A stretch of 64,000 bases of DNA. Origin: Eledone cirrhosa. Its lineage: Eukaryota. Below the pieces are notes generated by a model. It saw only the letters and a program-made list of their open reading frames with translations. It did no database searches and was not told where the DNA came from. Of this stretch, positions 1 to 14,900 are shown piece after piece. Location: assembly GCA_964016885.1 (NCBI GenBank), contig OZ024743.1, forward strand, positions 364,994,001 through 365,058,000, given 5' to 3'. A program made the translations under genes and the position numbers. Within the stretch, counting starts at the first letter, position 1. Each line of letters opens with the position of its first letter.

Positions 1-1682
1 ACACCATCAAGGTGATATCACTGTATATGCCGACACAGCTTTTCCACGTCCTGGTTCGATCGGGATGCCCTGCAAATGCTCCAGCTTCCACAGTAAAGGC
101 TCGAGAGACCGATCGGGAGATCTGAAACGATTCAGAAGGATGGCTATTAACTTTGACCACCGAGCAAATGCTGCTGTGCATTGCAGCGATCCAGCCCCTG
201 AAGACGGGATGGAAGCCAGCAGAGTTATGTGCCTGAAATTGTCTAATATACCCCTCTTGCTCTCGTCTTTCCTCATCAGCGTTACTACGACCTGGCCCAC
301 AAAATTGGGAATACTTCCGTTTTGTTACCAGTTGCAGTAGACCGCTTCGAGGAGATCGGAGAACAAGTCTGGCATTTCTATGTAAAACTTGTAGGTTAGA
401 CCATCCAAGCCAAGTGACTTGCGCCCCGTGCAGTCGACCAGGGCATCCCGAATCTCCGCTGAAGTTATCGGCGCATCATCTGGGGAGGTTCGCGGGAGGC
501 CGTCGAAGTAGAAAATGAAATCTGTCACCGTCTCCGACAACCCACCGTCCCCGAATAGTCAAGCAAACTGCAGGCGAAAGGCCGCACACATCCGCCTGGA
601 ATCGTTCAACATGCTTTGGTCTCAGTCCGTCAGAGACCGAATCGTGGTTATGTTACCACGCTGCACCTCCCCTACACGGGCTAATCGGACAGCTTTCGTT
701 CCCGCGTTTCTTAGAGCACTCGCTTTAGCTTTGACAATGCAACCTTTGTGCTTCGCATTGAAGAAATTGTATAATGCCATTCTCGCTGCTAGTAGGTCAG
801 TTGCAATACCATTTCTAATCGCCTCATCTAATTTAGCTACCAACTCCCTTTCCTTTCTGTCTTTCTTTTCTAGCGATCCTTCTTTACTAAAGTTCATTGA
901 CATTACTCTAATCTCTCTCTTGAGAGCCACCACCACCACCTGTTGTCTACGACCTCTCCTGTCAACTTACATTTGACTAAAGTGGTGCCCCTATCCCTGT
1001 AAGCTTTACGTGCCAGGAGCGACATGTTCAGCTTCCTGTAACCAGGTCCTAGCCTATGAGTTCTATCTAGGTCGACCATGCAGATCACAAACTTGTAATC
1101 TGAACAGGCGACAGTTCGGAAATGTAGACAACCTATACTATCCTTATCTACTGTCCTAAAAAAAAAGTATCTATATACGATCTAGATGATCCTATGCGGT
1201 TGGTTCAGGTCTATACTGGCGCATTAGGGAAATCTAGTCGGTACCTGTCAGACAGTTGGTACTGGCTGATCAGGTACTTGAGGCTTTTGCCCCCCCCCCG
1301 CTCCTATCAGCTACTCCCACATAGTCCCGCTAAATGTAAAGGGCGAGACATTCAAAGAAAGGCTTCCAGGCGCCTACAGATATCCGGCCGTTCGGTCCCG
1401 GTCGGGGCGTAGACGGCCACCAGTCTAAAGGCATCACTTTTGCTATTGCTCACATCCAGGACCAACAACTTGCCATCCGGGTCTAGGAAGATCGACCTTA
1501 CTTCGAGGTCCAGGCCTTTCCTAAACAGCAATGCCACCTCACCTCCCATTCCCGACCGACTAAGATATGCGAAGATCTGATAGTCGTTGAAAATAGGGAC
1601 TAGTGCGTGTGTGTCGGAAATTCTGGTCTCATTGACGGCACATCCATATTTAGTGACATGAGCTCGTTCATCAAGCGACTCC
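1..1682 (-). mobile_element. Decayed Tx1-clade LINE ORF2 fragment (AP-endonuclease plus start of RT), running off the window edge
   Basis: Minus-strand ORF pieces 1352-1735 (AVNETRI, GGEVALLF, FRLVAVYAP), 903-1088 (GPGYRKLN), 325-540 (KSLGLDGL) and 7-300 (NFRHITLL) are homologous to the Tx1 copies at 27.9-35.1 kb. Many frameshifts. Confidence 0.9.
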
Positions 1683-2040
1683 AGAGCTGGGTCAATAATA
1701 AGATATAGTGTTGGAATCATCAACTGGACGGTCAACGAACTGAAAACAGATAGAAAAACAAGAAAGACCTTGAATATATATCAAGGCTTACACCTCCAGG
1801 CTGAACGACACTATGCGAAAAGAGCAGAAGTTGGGAAAGGACCGATCGGTGGTGAGTAGATAGTTTCAGTGGAGAAAGAGAGCTTGAGCGAGTATCTAGG
1901 AAAATATAAAGAAAATTTGTTAAAGGAGGTCATAAAAGAAGGAATCTATGATGGAAAGGGAGACTCACAAAAAAGGAACGTCAAAATAGCTACAGAACGG
2001 AAAGCCAGATTTGAAGCAAAATCATTACACTCAGTCTATT
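1683..2040 (+). mobile_element. R4/Dong-like non-LTR retrotransposon fragment (post-RT region)
   Basis: Translates to SIIRYSVGIINWTVNELKTDRKTRKTLNIYQGLH...KRAEVGKG. This parallels TPTFGILNWTIDEIRTIDVGTRKILNNTGNSH...KRRQGGRG in ORF 40640-41704. Confidence 0.7.
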
Positions 2041-2069
2041 AAGTAAACACAAGAGCTGTCAGAAATGAT

Positions 2070-2730
2070 ACTTGTTTCTACGTTTGGCAGCACAAGGCCA
2101 GCAATTATCCCTTACTCCAGTTCACTACTGGTGCTTTATTTTATCGACCCCGTAAGGATGAAAGGCAAAGTTAATTTCAGTGGGATTTGAACTCGTAAAT
2201 GGCCATAATTCTTTGTTGCAAAGCATGGTGTCCGACGCTCTTCGGGAACTGCTAATTCACCGCTGTCAGAAATGATAATTGTTTCTACTTTTAGCACAAC
2301 GCCAGCAATTACCCAGTGTATTACTGGTACTTTATTTCATCGACCCCGTGAGGATGAAAGGCAAAGTTAACCTCGGCGGGATTTGAACTCAGAAAAGTGA
2401 TGGATACCTTTTAGAAAAGTAAAAAGCAAATCTTATGATCTTAAGCTCCGAAATGAAGCCTGGAAGTAAGAAGAAAAATACCGGTAGTTAACATCAACAC
2501 AGTGCAATGATGAAGATAACATTTAATAATACTAATAGTAATTATTGTTTCTACTTTTTGGCACAAGGCCAGCAATTATCCAGTAGATTACTGGTACTTT
2601 ATTTTATCGACCCCGTAAGGATGAAAGGCAAAGTTAACCTCGGCGGGATTTGAACTCAGAATGGCAAGGGCCGTAACTCTATGCGTCAAAGCATGGCGTC
2701 CGACCCTCTACCGATACTGCCAATTCACCC
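2070..2730 (-). mobile_element. Three tandem tRNA-derived SINE copies (family A)
   Basis: Repeated core tactggtactttattttatcgaccccgtaaggatgaaaggcaaagttaacctcggcgggatttgaactc. On the minus strand there is an A-box-like GGTGAATTGGCAG and a B-box GAGTTCAAATCC. Confidence 0.85.
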
Positions 2731-2748
2731 ATCTCATAGTAATAATAG

Positions 2749-4603
2749 TTTCTTTATTAGCCACACAGGACAATAAGGACGGTTCAGGATAGTACAGTGT
2801 GGGTATTTTGTGTGAAAGAAAGGTTTATAAAGAGGACTAAAAAATAAACATTCAAAATAAAACAACAAATTCCCCCAAAGTGGGGATACCTCTGGGGGTT
2901 ACCATGGAGAAAGCCGACAAAAAGCTGTTAGGGCAAGTATCCTAAGATATTCTCCTCTAATTTACAGGCACATACTCAGAGCGAACCCATTCACTCGGAC
3001 CATGTTCGCCTCTCTCACGCAGCTTTAAAATACCTGGTTGGAAGGCAGCATTTTTCTCTCCACCCTGATTTTTCTCTTCAGGTGAAACCTGAAAAAGTTA
3101 TTTAGAGCTTCACCGAAGAGGAAAGTGCTTCTCTTCAAACCTTTCAGATGCATCCACCATACGACCTCGTTAGTCAAGGCTACCAGACAGACAAAACTGC
3201 CTGCTTGTACTTCCCCTCAAAAGGAAGATGGCGAGGCGATATTCACAATGGACTCAGTTGATAGCCAGATCTGACCCACACATGACAACAGACAGGTGTT
3301 TGACATAAACCCAAAGGTTAGCAATACTCGGACTCTCGGTGAGTGCGTTCAGGACGGTTTCGTCACCCTGCGCATATCTCGGGCAAGCCCGTCAGACGCC
3401 ACCTCCATGCCTGTAGAGTTTATCTCGAACTGGCAAAACTCCCCTGTAGCACTGCTAGGCCAGGGATTTCTGGAAGATATCCAACCGCTCCCTCCCGGTC
3501 TTTGCTTGACCCAGGACTGCAGCTCTGTTAAGGAGAAGATCTATGGAAAGCTGCATCTAGCTTACGGTGATGACACCTATTCACCGCATGTTTGCGCATC
3601 ATCAGCCACGCATTCCTAATCCTCCACTTAGCGGGTGTTGGCAGTAAATGGACCACCTGACCACTGGCACGCGTCCCTTCCACAAAAAAGCAAAAGGAAA
3701 AACGATTTAGTGCGGTCAGACGTGGACCAGGACAAGTTTGCCACCGGTGCCCGTTCTTCCAGAGATAGCGTCATCTCAGTCCATTTCAGGGTGAGAGTTG
3801 CCACCTTGCTCGTTACCCCGTCCCAACTTTTGTCCATTTGTAGGTGTGGACCATACCAAACCACGAGCAATTTAATCGGTCCGCCCGTCCAGCTCTCGAC
3901 AACGTCCATGGACGGCATGGATTTGTCTCTCTAGGTGCCGAGTTGCAGGTCCACCGACTTTACCTGGTTAATTTTTGCTTCTGCTATCGCTTCGAGAGCA
4001 GTGCCGATCAACTCAGTATGTCTGTTGCTCCACAACACTATGATGACATCATCAGCATATGCTGATAGAGATCCTCCACATCCTAGTTTGCAGTAGTGGC
4101 TCGAGAGTCAATACGTACAGCAGAAATGAGAAAGGACAACCTTGGCGAACCGAGCCCATGATGTTGAAAAGTTCTGAGAGGTAACCGTTCACTCCAATCA
4201 CTGAACAGATGCTGCAGTGCATTACAGCAATCCATCTATCCATATTCTGAATACAGGCCCGAAGCCTGCTGCCTTTAGGGGTGCCACCAGATACTGTTGA
4301 TCGACCCTATCAAAAGCTTTCGACTGATCTAAGTTGATCAGGGCCCCACCTGTGTCAAGTTCCTTAGCCACCCTCTATAGGATGTATAGCATAAGATGGA
4401 GCTTGTCGTGAATGGATATTTCTTGAATGGCACATGTTTGTGCCCCTCTTACCAGACCACCACCAACAAGCATCAACTTCATCGCTAACGCCCTGGACAA
4501 ACATTTTAAACTTTGTGTTTAGCAGGGTTATGGGCCTGAAATTATCTATACAGTCCCCTTTGTTCGAATCCTTTCTCAGCAATGCCACCGCCTCTCGGCT
4601 CAC
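2749..4603 (-). mobile_element. 5'-truncated decayed Tx1-clade LINE (RT to 3' end) flanked by (TAA/TTA)n
   Basis: Minus-strand NFRPITLLNTK, SVRQGCPFS and GPIKLL motifs. Its 3' end gtggctaataaagaaa matches the other copies. AAT-type repeats lie on both flanks. Confidence 0.9.
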
Positions 4604-4727
4604 ATAATAATAATGATAATAACAATAATAATGATAATAACAATAATAATGATAATAACAATAACGATGATAATAACAATAACGATGATGATGACAATAG
4701 TAATTAATATTAGTAGTAATAATAATT

Positions 4728-5110
4728 ATTTCTACTTTAAGCACAAAGCCAGCATTTTGAAGGAGAAGAGAAAGTCGATTAAATCGACCCCAGTGCAGTA
4801 CTGGTGCTTTATTTATCGACCCCGTAAGAATGAAAGGCAAAGCTAACTTCGGCGGGATTTGAACGCAGAACGTAAAGGGCCGTAACTCTAAACCACAAAG
4901 CATGTTGTCCGACGCTCTACCGATTCTGCCAATCCACCACTCTTATCAGTAGTAATAATAGTAATTGCCTCTAACATAGGTACAAGGCAATAACTGTTTC
5001 TACTTTAGGCACAAGGCCAGCAATTATCCAGTGCATTACTGGTACTTTATTTTATCGACCCCGTAAGGATGAAAGGCAATGTCAACCTCGGCGGGATTTG
5101 AACTCAGATC
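4728..5110 (-). mobile_element. SINE family A copies
   Basis: Same core and B-box as at 2070-2730. Confidence 0.85.
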
Positions 5111-5394
5111 ACAACAATGATAGTAATAAAGATGAGGATGCCAACATTTTGACAGTTACTCTCTTATTGTTTTATTTCATTTTATTTTCATTATTTCTTC
5201 TTTTCCGGCAATAAATAATACTTTTCTGTAATTTTAATAATTCGGAACAAAATAACCATAGGGGAGTAGGGCCTAGATAAGAGAAATATGTACATGTGTA
5301 GGTGTGTATATGCGTTTATGTTTGTGCGTGTGTATGTATATATGGGTAGATGTTTGTATGAATGTCTACACACACACACACACACACACATATG

Positions 5395-5474
<80 letters not shown>

Positions 5475-5477
<3 letters not shown>

Positions 5478-5585
5478 ATAATAATAAATTTGAAGACTAA
5501 AATCCAAAGAGGGCTCGATAAGGATAAATATATATCAAATATATAAGAACCGTAGAGCTAATATTTATTAAAATAACAGATTAAA
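5475..5585 (-). repeat. 3' part of (TA)n-flanked HHR element family E
   Basis: Near-exact reverse complement of about 56885-56993 and similar to 39704-39755. Bounded by (TA)n tracts. Confidence 0.75.
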
Positions 5586-5646
5586 AAATATATATATATA
5601 TATATAAATATATACATATGTATATATATATGTATGTGTGTGTGTG

Positions 5647-5712
<66 letters not shown>

Positions 5713-5752
5713 TATACATATGTATATATATATGTGTGTGTGTGTGTGTGCT

Positions 5753-5786
<34 letters not shown>

Positions 5787-5955
5787 TATATATAATAAGT
5801 CGTTATTGATATATATGTATGTATTTATATGTCTTTTATTTATTCAATATATGCGTACATTTTCCCACATATGTGTGAGTATCTGTGCATTACTATATAT
5901 GTATATATACATTAAAGTATGCGATTGTATGTATTTTTGTATGTAGACATAAGTA

Positions 5956-8900
5956 GAGAGTTAGAGGGCTAGATACACAGACAGGGAGAGCGTGTGAGAG
6001 GGAGAGCTACATACACAGACAGGGAGAGCGTGTGAAAGGGAGAGCTAGATACACAGACAGGGAGAGCGTGTGAGAGGGAGAGCTATATACACAGACAGGG
6101 AGAGCGTGTGAGAGGGAGAGTTAGATACACAGACAGGGAGAGCGTGTGAGAGGGAGAGATAGATACACAGACAGGGAGAGCGTGTGAGAGGGAGAGCTAT
6201 ATACACAGACAGGGAGAGCGAGTGAGAGGGAGAGCTATATACACAGACAGGGAGAGCGTGTGAGAGGGAGAGTTAGATACACAGACAGGGAGAGCGTGTG
6301 AGAGGGAGAGATAGATACACAGACAGGGAGAGCGTGTGAGAGGGAGAGCTATATACACAGACAGAGAGAGCGTGTGAGAGGGAGAGCTATATACACAGAC
6401 AGGGAGAGCGTGTGAGAGGGAGAGTTAGATACACAGACAGGGAGAGCGTGTGAGAGGGAGAGATAGATACACAGACAGGGAGAGCGTGTGAGAGGGAGAG
6501 CTATATACACAGACAGGGAGAGCGTGTGAGAGGGAGAGATAGATACACAGACAGGGAGAGCGTGTGAGAGGGAGAGCTATATACACAGACAGGGAGAGCG
6601 TGTGAGAGGGAGCGATGGATACACAGACAGGAAGGGCGTGTGTGAGGGAGAGATAGATACACAGACAGGGAGAGCGTGTGAGAGGGAGAGATAGATACAC
6701 AGACAGGGAGAGCGTGTGAGAGGGAGACCTAGATACACAGACAGGGAGAGCGTGTGAGAGGGAGAGATAGATACACAGACAGGAAGAGCGCGTGGGAGGG
6801 AGAGCTAGATACACAGACAGGGAGAGCGTGTGAGAGGGAGAGCTAGATACACAGACAGGGAGAGCGTGTGAGAGGGAGAGTTAGATACACAGACAGGGAG
6901 AGCGTGTGAGAGGGAGAGCTAGATACACAGACAGGGAGAGCGCGTGGGAGGGAGAGCTATATACACAGACAGGGAGAGCGTGTGAGAGGGAGAGCTATAT
7001 ACACAGACAGGGAGAGCGTGTGAGAGGGAGAGTTAGATACACAGACAGGGAGAGCGTGTGAGAGGGAGAGATAGATACACAGACAGGGAGAGTGTGTGAG
7101 AGGGAGAGCTATATACACAGACAGGGAGAGCGTGTGAGAGGGAGAGATAGATACACAGACAGGGAGAGCGTGTGAGAGGGAGAGCTATATACACAGACAG
7201 GGAGAGCGTGTGAGAGGGAGAGATGGATACACAGACAGGAAGGGCGTGTGTGAGGGAGAGATAGATACACAGACAGGGAGAGCGTGTGAGAGGGAGAGAT
7301 AGATACACAGACAGGGAGAGCGTGTGAGAGGGAGACCTAGATACACAGACAGGGAGAGCGTGTGAGAGGGAGAGATAGATACACAGACAGGAAGAGCGCG
7401 TGGGAGGGAGAGCTAGATACACAGACAGGGAGAGCGTGTGAGAGGGAGAGTTAGATACACAGACAGGGAGAGCGTGTGAGATGGAGAGCTAGATACACAG
7501 ACAGGGAGAGCGTGTGAGAGGGAGAGTTAGATACACAGACAGGGAGAGCGTGTGAGAGGGAGAGCTATATACACAGACAGGGAGAGCGTGTGAGAGGGAG
7601 AGCTATATACACAGACAGGGAGAGCGTGTGAGAGGGAGAGTTAGATACACAGACAGGGAGAGCGTGTGAGAAGGAGAGATAGATACACAGACAGGGAGAG
7701 CGTGTGAGAGGGAGAGCTATATACACAGACAGGGAGAGCGTGTGAGAGGGAGAGCTATATACACAGACAGGGAGAGCGTGTGAGAGGGAGAGTTAGATAC
7801 ACAGACAGGGAGAGCGTGTGAGAGGGAGAGATAGATACACAGACAGGGAGAGCGTGTGAGAGGGAGAGCTATATACACAGACAGGGAGAGCGTGTGAGAG
7901 GGAGAGCTATATACACAGACAGGGAGAGCGTGTGAGAGGGAGAGTTAGATACACAGACAGGGAGAGCGTGTGAGAGGGAGAGATAGATACACAGACAGGG
8001 AGAGCGTGTGAGAAGGAGAGCTATATACACAGACAGGGAGAGCGTGTGAGAGGGAGAGATAGATACACAGACAGGGAGAGCGTGTGAGAGGGAGAGCTAT
8101 ATACACAGACAGGGAGAGCGTGTGAGAGGGAGCGATGGATACACAGACAGGAAGGGCGTGTGTGAGGGAGAGATAGATACACAGACAGGGAGAGCGTGTG
8201 AGAGGGAGAGATAGATACACAGACAGGGAGAGCGTGTGAGAGGGAGACCTAGATACACAGACAGGGAGAGCGTGTGAGAGGGAGAGATAGATACACAGAC
8301 AGGAAGAGCGCGTGGGAGGGAGAGCTAGATACACAGACAGGGAGAGCGTGTGAGAGGGAGAGCTAGATACACAGACAGGGAGAGCGTGTGAGAGGGAGAC
8401 CTAGATACACAGACAGGGAGAGCGTGTGAGAGGGAGAGCTAGATACACAGACAGGGAGAGCGTGTGAGAGGGAGAGTTAGATACACAGACAGGGAGAGCG
8501 TGTGAGAGGGAGAGCTATATACACAGACAGGGAGAGCGTGTGAGAGGGAGAGCTATAAACACAGACAGGGAGAGCGTGTGAGAGGGAGAGTTAGATACAC
8601 AGACAGGGAGAGCGTGTGAGAGGGAGAGATAGATACACAGACAGGGAGAGCGTGTGAGAGGGAGAGCTATATACACAGACAGGGAGAGCGTGTGAGAGGG
8701 AGAGCTATATACACAGATAGGGTGAGCGTGTGAGAGGGAGAGTTAGATACACAGACAGGGAGAGCGTGTGAGAGGGAGAGATAGATACACAGACAGGGAG
8801 AGCGTGTGAGAGGGAGAGCTATATACACAGACAGGAAGAGCGTGTGAGAGGGAGAGATAGATACACAGACAGGGAGAGCGTGTGAGAGGGAGAGCTATAT

Positions 8901-11900
8901 ACACAGACAGGGAGAGCGTGTGAGAGGGAGCGATGGATACACAGACAGGAAGGGCGTGTGTGAGGGAGAGATAGATACACAGACAGGGAGAGCGTGTGAG
9001 AGGGAGAGATAGATACACAGACAGGGAGAGCGTGTGAGAGGGAGACCTAGATACACAGACAGGGAGAGCGTGTGAGAGGGAGAGATAGATACACAGACAT
9101 GAAGAGCGCGTGGGAAGGAGAGCTAGATACACAGACAGGGAGAGCGTGTGAGAGCGAGAGCTAGATACACAGACAGGGAGAGCGTGTGAGAGGGAGAGTT
9201 AGATACACAGACAGGGAGAGCGTGTGAGAGGGAGAGCTAGATACACAGACAGGGAGAGCGCGTGGGAGGGAGAGCTATATACACAGACAGGGAGAGCGTG
9301 TGAGAGGGAGAGTTAGATACACAGACAGGGAGAGCGTGTGAGAGGGAGAGATAGATACACAGACAGGGAGAGCGTGTGAGAGGGAGAGCTATATACACAG
9401 ACAGGGAGAGCGTGTGAGAGGGAGAGATAGATACACAGACAGGGAGAGCGTGTGAGAGGGAGAGCTATATACACAGACAGGGAGAGCGTGTGAGAGGGAG
9501 AGATGGATACACAGACAGGAAGGGCGTGTGTGAGGCAGAGATAGATACACAGACAGGGAGAGCGTGTGAGAGGGAGAGATAGATACACAGACAGGGAGAG
9601 CGTGTGAGAAGGAGACCTAGATACACAGACAGGGAGAGCGTGTGAGAGGGAGAGATAGATACACAGACAGGAAGAGCGCGTGGGAGGGAGAGCTAGATAC
9701 ACAGACAGGGAGAGCGTGTGAGAGGGAGAGCTAGATACACAGACAGGGAGAACGTGTGAGAGGGAGAGTTAGATACACAGACAGGGAGAGCGTGTGAGAG
9801 GGAGAGATAGATACACAGACAGGGAGAGCGTGTGAGAGGGAGAGATAGATACACAGACAGGGAGAGCTAGATACACAGAGAGGGAGAGTTATTTACACAG
9901 ACAGGGAAAGCGTGTGAGAGGGAGAGATAGATACACAGACAGGGAGAGCGTGTGAGAGGGAGAGATAGATACACAGACAGGGAGAGCTAGTGCGAGGGAG
10001 ACCTAGATACACAGACAGGGAGAGCGTGTGAGAGGGAGAGTTAGATACACAGACAGGGAGAGCGTGTGAGAGGGAGACCTAGATACACAGACAGGGAGAG
10101 CGTGTGAGAGGGAGAGATAGATACACAGACAGGAAGAGCGCGTGGGAGGGAGAGCTAGATACACAGACAGGGAGAGCGTGTGAGAGGGAGAGTTAGATAC
10201 ACAGACAGGGAGAGCGTGTGAGATGGAGAGCTAGATACACAGACAGGGAGAGCGTGTGAGAGGGAGAGTTAGATACACAGACAGGGAGAGCGTGTGAGAG
10301 GGAGAGCTATATACACAGACAGGGAGAGCGTGTGAGAGGGAGAGCTATATACACAGACAGGGAGAGCGTGTGAGAGGGAGAGTTAGATACACAGACAGGG
10401 AGAGCGTGTGAGAAGGAGAGATAGATACACAGACAGGGAGAGCGTGTGAGAGGGAGAGCTATATACACAGACAGGGAGAGCGTGTGAGAGGGAGAGCTAT
10501 ATACACAGACAGGGAGAGCGTGTGAGAGGGAGAGTTAGATACACAGACAGGGAGAGCGTGTGAGAGGGAGAGATAGATACACAGACAGGGAGAGCGTGTG
10601 AGAGGGAGAGCTATATACACAGACAGGGAGAGCGTGTGAGAGGGAGAGCTATATACACAGACAGGGAGAGCGTGTGAGAGGGAGAGTTAGATACACAGAC
10701 AGGGAGAGCGTGTGAGAGGGAGAGATAGATACACAGACAGGGAGAGCGTGTGAGAGGGAGAGCTATATACACAGACAGGGAGAGCGTGTGAGAGGGAGAG
10801 ATAGATACACAGACAGGGAGAGCGTGTGAGAGGGAGAGCTATATACACAGACAGGGAGAGCGTGTGAGAGGGAGCGATGGATACACAGACAGGAAGGGCG
10901 TGTGTGAGGGAGAGATAGATACACAGACAGGGAGAGCGTGTGAGAGGGAGAGATAGATACACAGACAGGGAGAGCGTGTGAGAGGGAGACCTAGATACAC
11001 AGACAGGGAGAGCGTGTGAGAGGGAGAGATAGATACACAGACAGGAAGAGCGCGTGGGAGGGAGAGCTAGATACACAGACAGGGAGAGCGTGTGAGAGGG
11101 AGAGCTAGATACACAGACAGGGAGAGCGTGTGAGAGGGAGACCTAGATACACAGACAGGGAGAGCGTGTGAGAGGGAGAGCTAGATACACAGACAGGGAG
11201 AGCGTGTGAGAGGGAGAGTTAGATACACAGACAGGGAGAGCGTGTGAGAGGGAGAGCTATATACACAGACAGGGAGAGCGTGTGAGAGGGAGAGCTATAA
11301 ACACAGACAGGGAGAGCGTGTGAGAGGGAGAGTTAGATACACAGACAGGGAGAGCGTGTGAGAGGGAGAGATAGATACACAGACAGGGAGAGCGTGTGAG
11401 AGGGAGAGCTATATACACAGACAGGGAGAGCGTGTGAGAGGGAGAGCTATATACACAGATAGGGTGAGCGTGTGAGAGGGAGAGTTAGATACACAGACAG
11501 GGAGAGCGTGTGAGAGGGAGAGATAGATACACAGACAGGGAGAGCGTGTGAGAGGGAGAGCTATATACACAGACAGGAAGAGCGTGTGAGAGGGAGAGAT
11601 AGATACACAGACAGGGAGAGCGTGTGAGAGGGAGAGCTATATACACAGACAGGGAGAGCGTGTGAGAGGGAGCGATGGATACACAGACAGGAAGGGCGTG
11701 TGTGAGGGAGAGATAGATACACAGACAGGGAGAGCGTGTGAGAGGGAGAGATAGATACACAGACAGGGAGAGCGTGTGAGAGGGAGACCTAGATACACAG
11801 ACAGGGAGAGCGTGTGAGAGGGAGAGATAGATACACAGACATGAAGAGCGCGTGGGAAGGAGAGCTAGATACACAGACAGGGAGAGCGTGTGAGAGCGAG

Positions 11901-14900
11901 AGCTAGATACACAGACAGGGAGAGCGTGTGAGAGGGAGAGTTAGATACACAGACAGGGAGAGCGTGTGAGAGGGAGAGCTAGATACACAGACAGGGAGAG
12001 CGCGTGGGAGGGAGAGCTATATACACAGACAGGGAGAGCGTGTGAGAGGGAGAGTTAGATACACAGACAGGGAGAGCGTGTGAGAGGGAGAGATAGATAC
12101 ACAGACAGGGAGAGCGTGTGAGAGGGAGAGCTATATACACAGACAGGGAGAGCGTGTGAGAGGGAGAGATAGATACACAGACAGGGAGAGCGTGTGAGAG
12201 GGAGAGCTATATACACAGACAGGGAGAGCGTGTGAGAGGGAGAGATGGATACACAGACAGGAAGGGCGTGTGTGAGGCAGAGATAGATACACAGACAGGG
12301 AGAGCGTGTGAGAGGGAGAGATAGATACACAGACAGGGAGAGCGTGTGAGAAGGAGACCTAGATACACAGACAGGGAGAGCGTGTGAGAGGGAGAGATAG
12401 ATACACAGACAGGAAGAGCGCGTGGGAGGGAGAGCTAGATACACAGACAGGGAGAGCGTGTGAGAGGGAGAGCTAGATACACAGACAGGGAGAACGTGTG
12501 AGAGGGAGAGTTAGATACACAGACAGGGAGAGCGTGTGAGAGGGAGAGATAGATACACAGACAGGGAGAGCGTGTGAGAGGGAGAGATAGATACACAGAC
12601 AGGGAGAGCTAGATACACAGAGAGGGAGAGTTATTTACACAGACAGGGAAAGCGTGTGAGAGGGAGAGATAGATACACAGACAGGGAGAGCGTGTGAGAG
12701 GGAGAGATAGATACACAGACAGGGAGAGCTAGTGCGAGGGAGACCTAGATACACAGACAGGGAGAGCGTGTGAGAGGGAGAGTTAGATACACAGACAGGG
12801 AGAGCGTGTGAGAGGGAGAGATAGATACACAGACAGGGAGAACGTGTGAGAGGGAGAGCTATATACACAGACAGGGAGAGCGTGTGAGAGGGAGACCTAG
12901 ATACACAGACAGGGAGAGCGTGTGAGAGGGAGAGATAGATACACAGACAGGGAGAGCGTGTGTGAGGGAGAGATTGATACAGAGACAGGGAGAGCGTGTG
13001 AGAGGGAGAGTTAGATACACAGACAGGGAAAGCGTGTGAGAGGGAGAGATAGATACACAGACAGGGAGAGCGTGTGAGAGGGAGAGATAGATACACAGAC
13101 AGGGAGAGCACGTGAGAGGGATAGGTAGATACACAGACAGGGAGAGCGTGTGAGAGGGAGAGATGGATACACAGACAGGAAGGGCGTGTGTGAGGGAGAC
13201 ATAGATAAACAGACAGGGAGAACGTGTGAGAGGGAGAGATAGATACACAGACAGGGAGAGCGCGTGTGAGGGAGAGCTAGATACACAGACAGGGAGAACG
13301 TGTGAGAGGGAGAGATAGATACACAGACAGGGAGAGCGCGTGGGAGGGAGAGCTAGATACACAGACAGGGAGAGCGTGTGAGAGGGAGAGCTAGATACAC
13401 AGACAGGGAGAGCGTGTGAGAGGGAGAGTTAGATACACAGACAGGGAAAGCGTGTGAGAGGGAGAGATAGATACACAGACAGGGAGAGCGTGTGAGAGGG
13501 AAAGTTAGATACACAGACAGGGAGAGCGTGTGAGAGGGAGAGTTAGATACACAGACAGGGAGAGCGTGTGAGAGGGAGAGATAGATACACAGACAGGGAG
13601 AGCTAGATACACAGACAGGGAGAGCGTGTGAGAGGGAGAGATAGATACACAGATAGGGAGAGCTAGATACACAGACAGGGAGAGCTCGTGGGAGGGAGAG
13701 CTAGATACACAGACAGGGAGAGCGCTTGGGAGGGAGAGTTAGATACACAGACAGGGAGAGCGTGTGAGAGGGAGAGCTAGATACACAGACAGGGAGAGCG
13801 TGTGAGAGGGAGAGCTAGATACACAGACAGGGAGAGCGTGTGAGAGGGAGAGTTAGATACACAGACAGGGAGAGCGTGTGAGAGGGAGAGCTATATACAC
13901 AGACAGGGAGAGCGCGTGGGAGGGAGAGCTAGATACACAGACAGGGAGAGCGTGTGAGAGGGAGAGCTAGATACACAGACAGGGAGAGCGTGTTGGAGGG
14001 AGAGCTGGATACACAGACAGGGAGAGCTAGATACACAGAGAGGGAGAGTTATTTACACAGACAGGGAAAGCGTGTGAGAGGGAGAGATAGATACACAGAC
14101 AGGGAGAGCGTGTGAGAGGGAGAGATAGATACACAGACAGGGAGAGCTAGTGCGAGGGAGACCTAGATACACAGACAGGGAGAGCGTGTGAGAGGGAGAG
14201 TTAGATACACAGACAGGGAGAGCGTGTGAGAGGGAGAGATAGATACACAGACAGGGAGAACGTGTGAGAGGGAGAGCTATATACACAGACAGGGAGAGTG
14301 TGTGAGAGGGAGACCTAGATACACAGACAGGGAGAGCGTGTGAGAAGGAGAGATAGATACACAGACAGGGAGAGCGTGTGTGAGGGAGAGATAGATACAC
14401 AGACAGGGAGAGCGTGTGAGAGGGAGAGTTAGATACACAGAGAGGGAAAGCGTGTGAGAGGGAGAGATAGATACACAGACAGGGAGAGCGTGTGAGAGGG
14501 AGAGATAGATACACAGACAGGGAGAGCACGTGAGAGGGAGAGCTAGATACACAGACAGGGAGAGCGTGTGAGAGGGAGAGATGGATACACAGACAGGAAG
14601 GGCGTGTGTGAGGGAGAGATAGATAAACAGACAGGGAGAACGTGTGAGAGGGAGAGATAGATACACAGACAGGGAGAGCGCGTGTGAGGGAGAGCTAGAT
14701 ACACAGACAAGGAGAACGTGTGAGAGGGAGAGATAGATACACAGACAGGGAGAGCGCGTGGGAGGGAGAGCTAGATACACAGACAGGGAGAGCGTGTGAG
14801 AGGGAGAGCTAGATACACAGACAGGGAGAGCGTGTGAGAGGGAGAGTTAGATACACAGACAGGGAAAGCGTGTGAGAGGGAGAGATAGATACACAGACAG

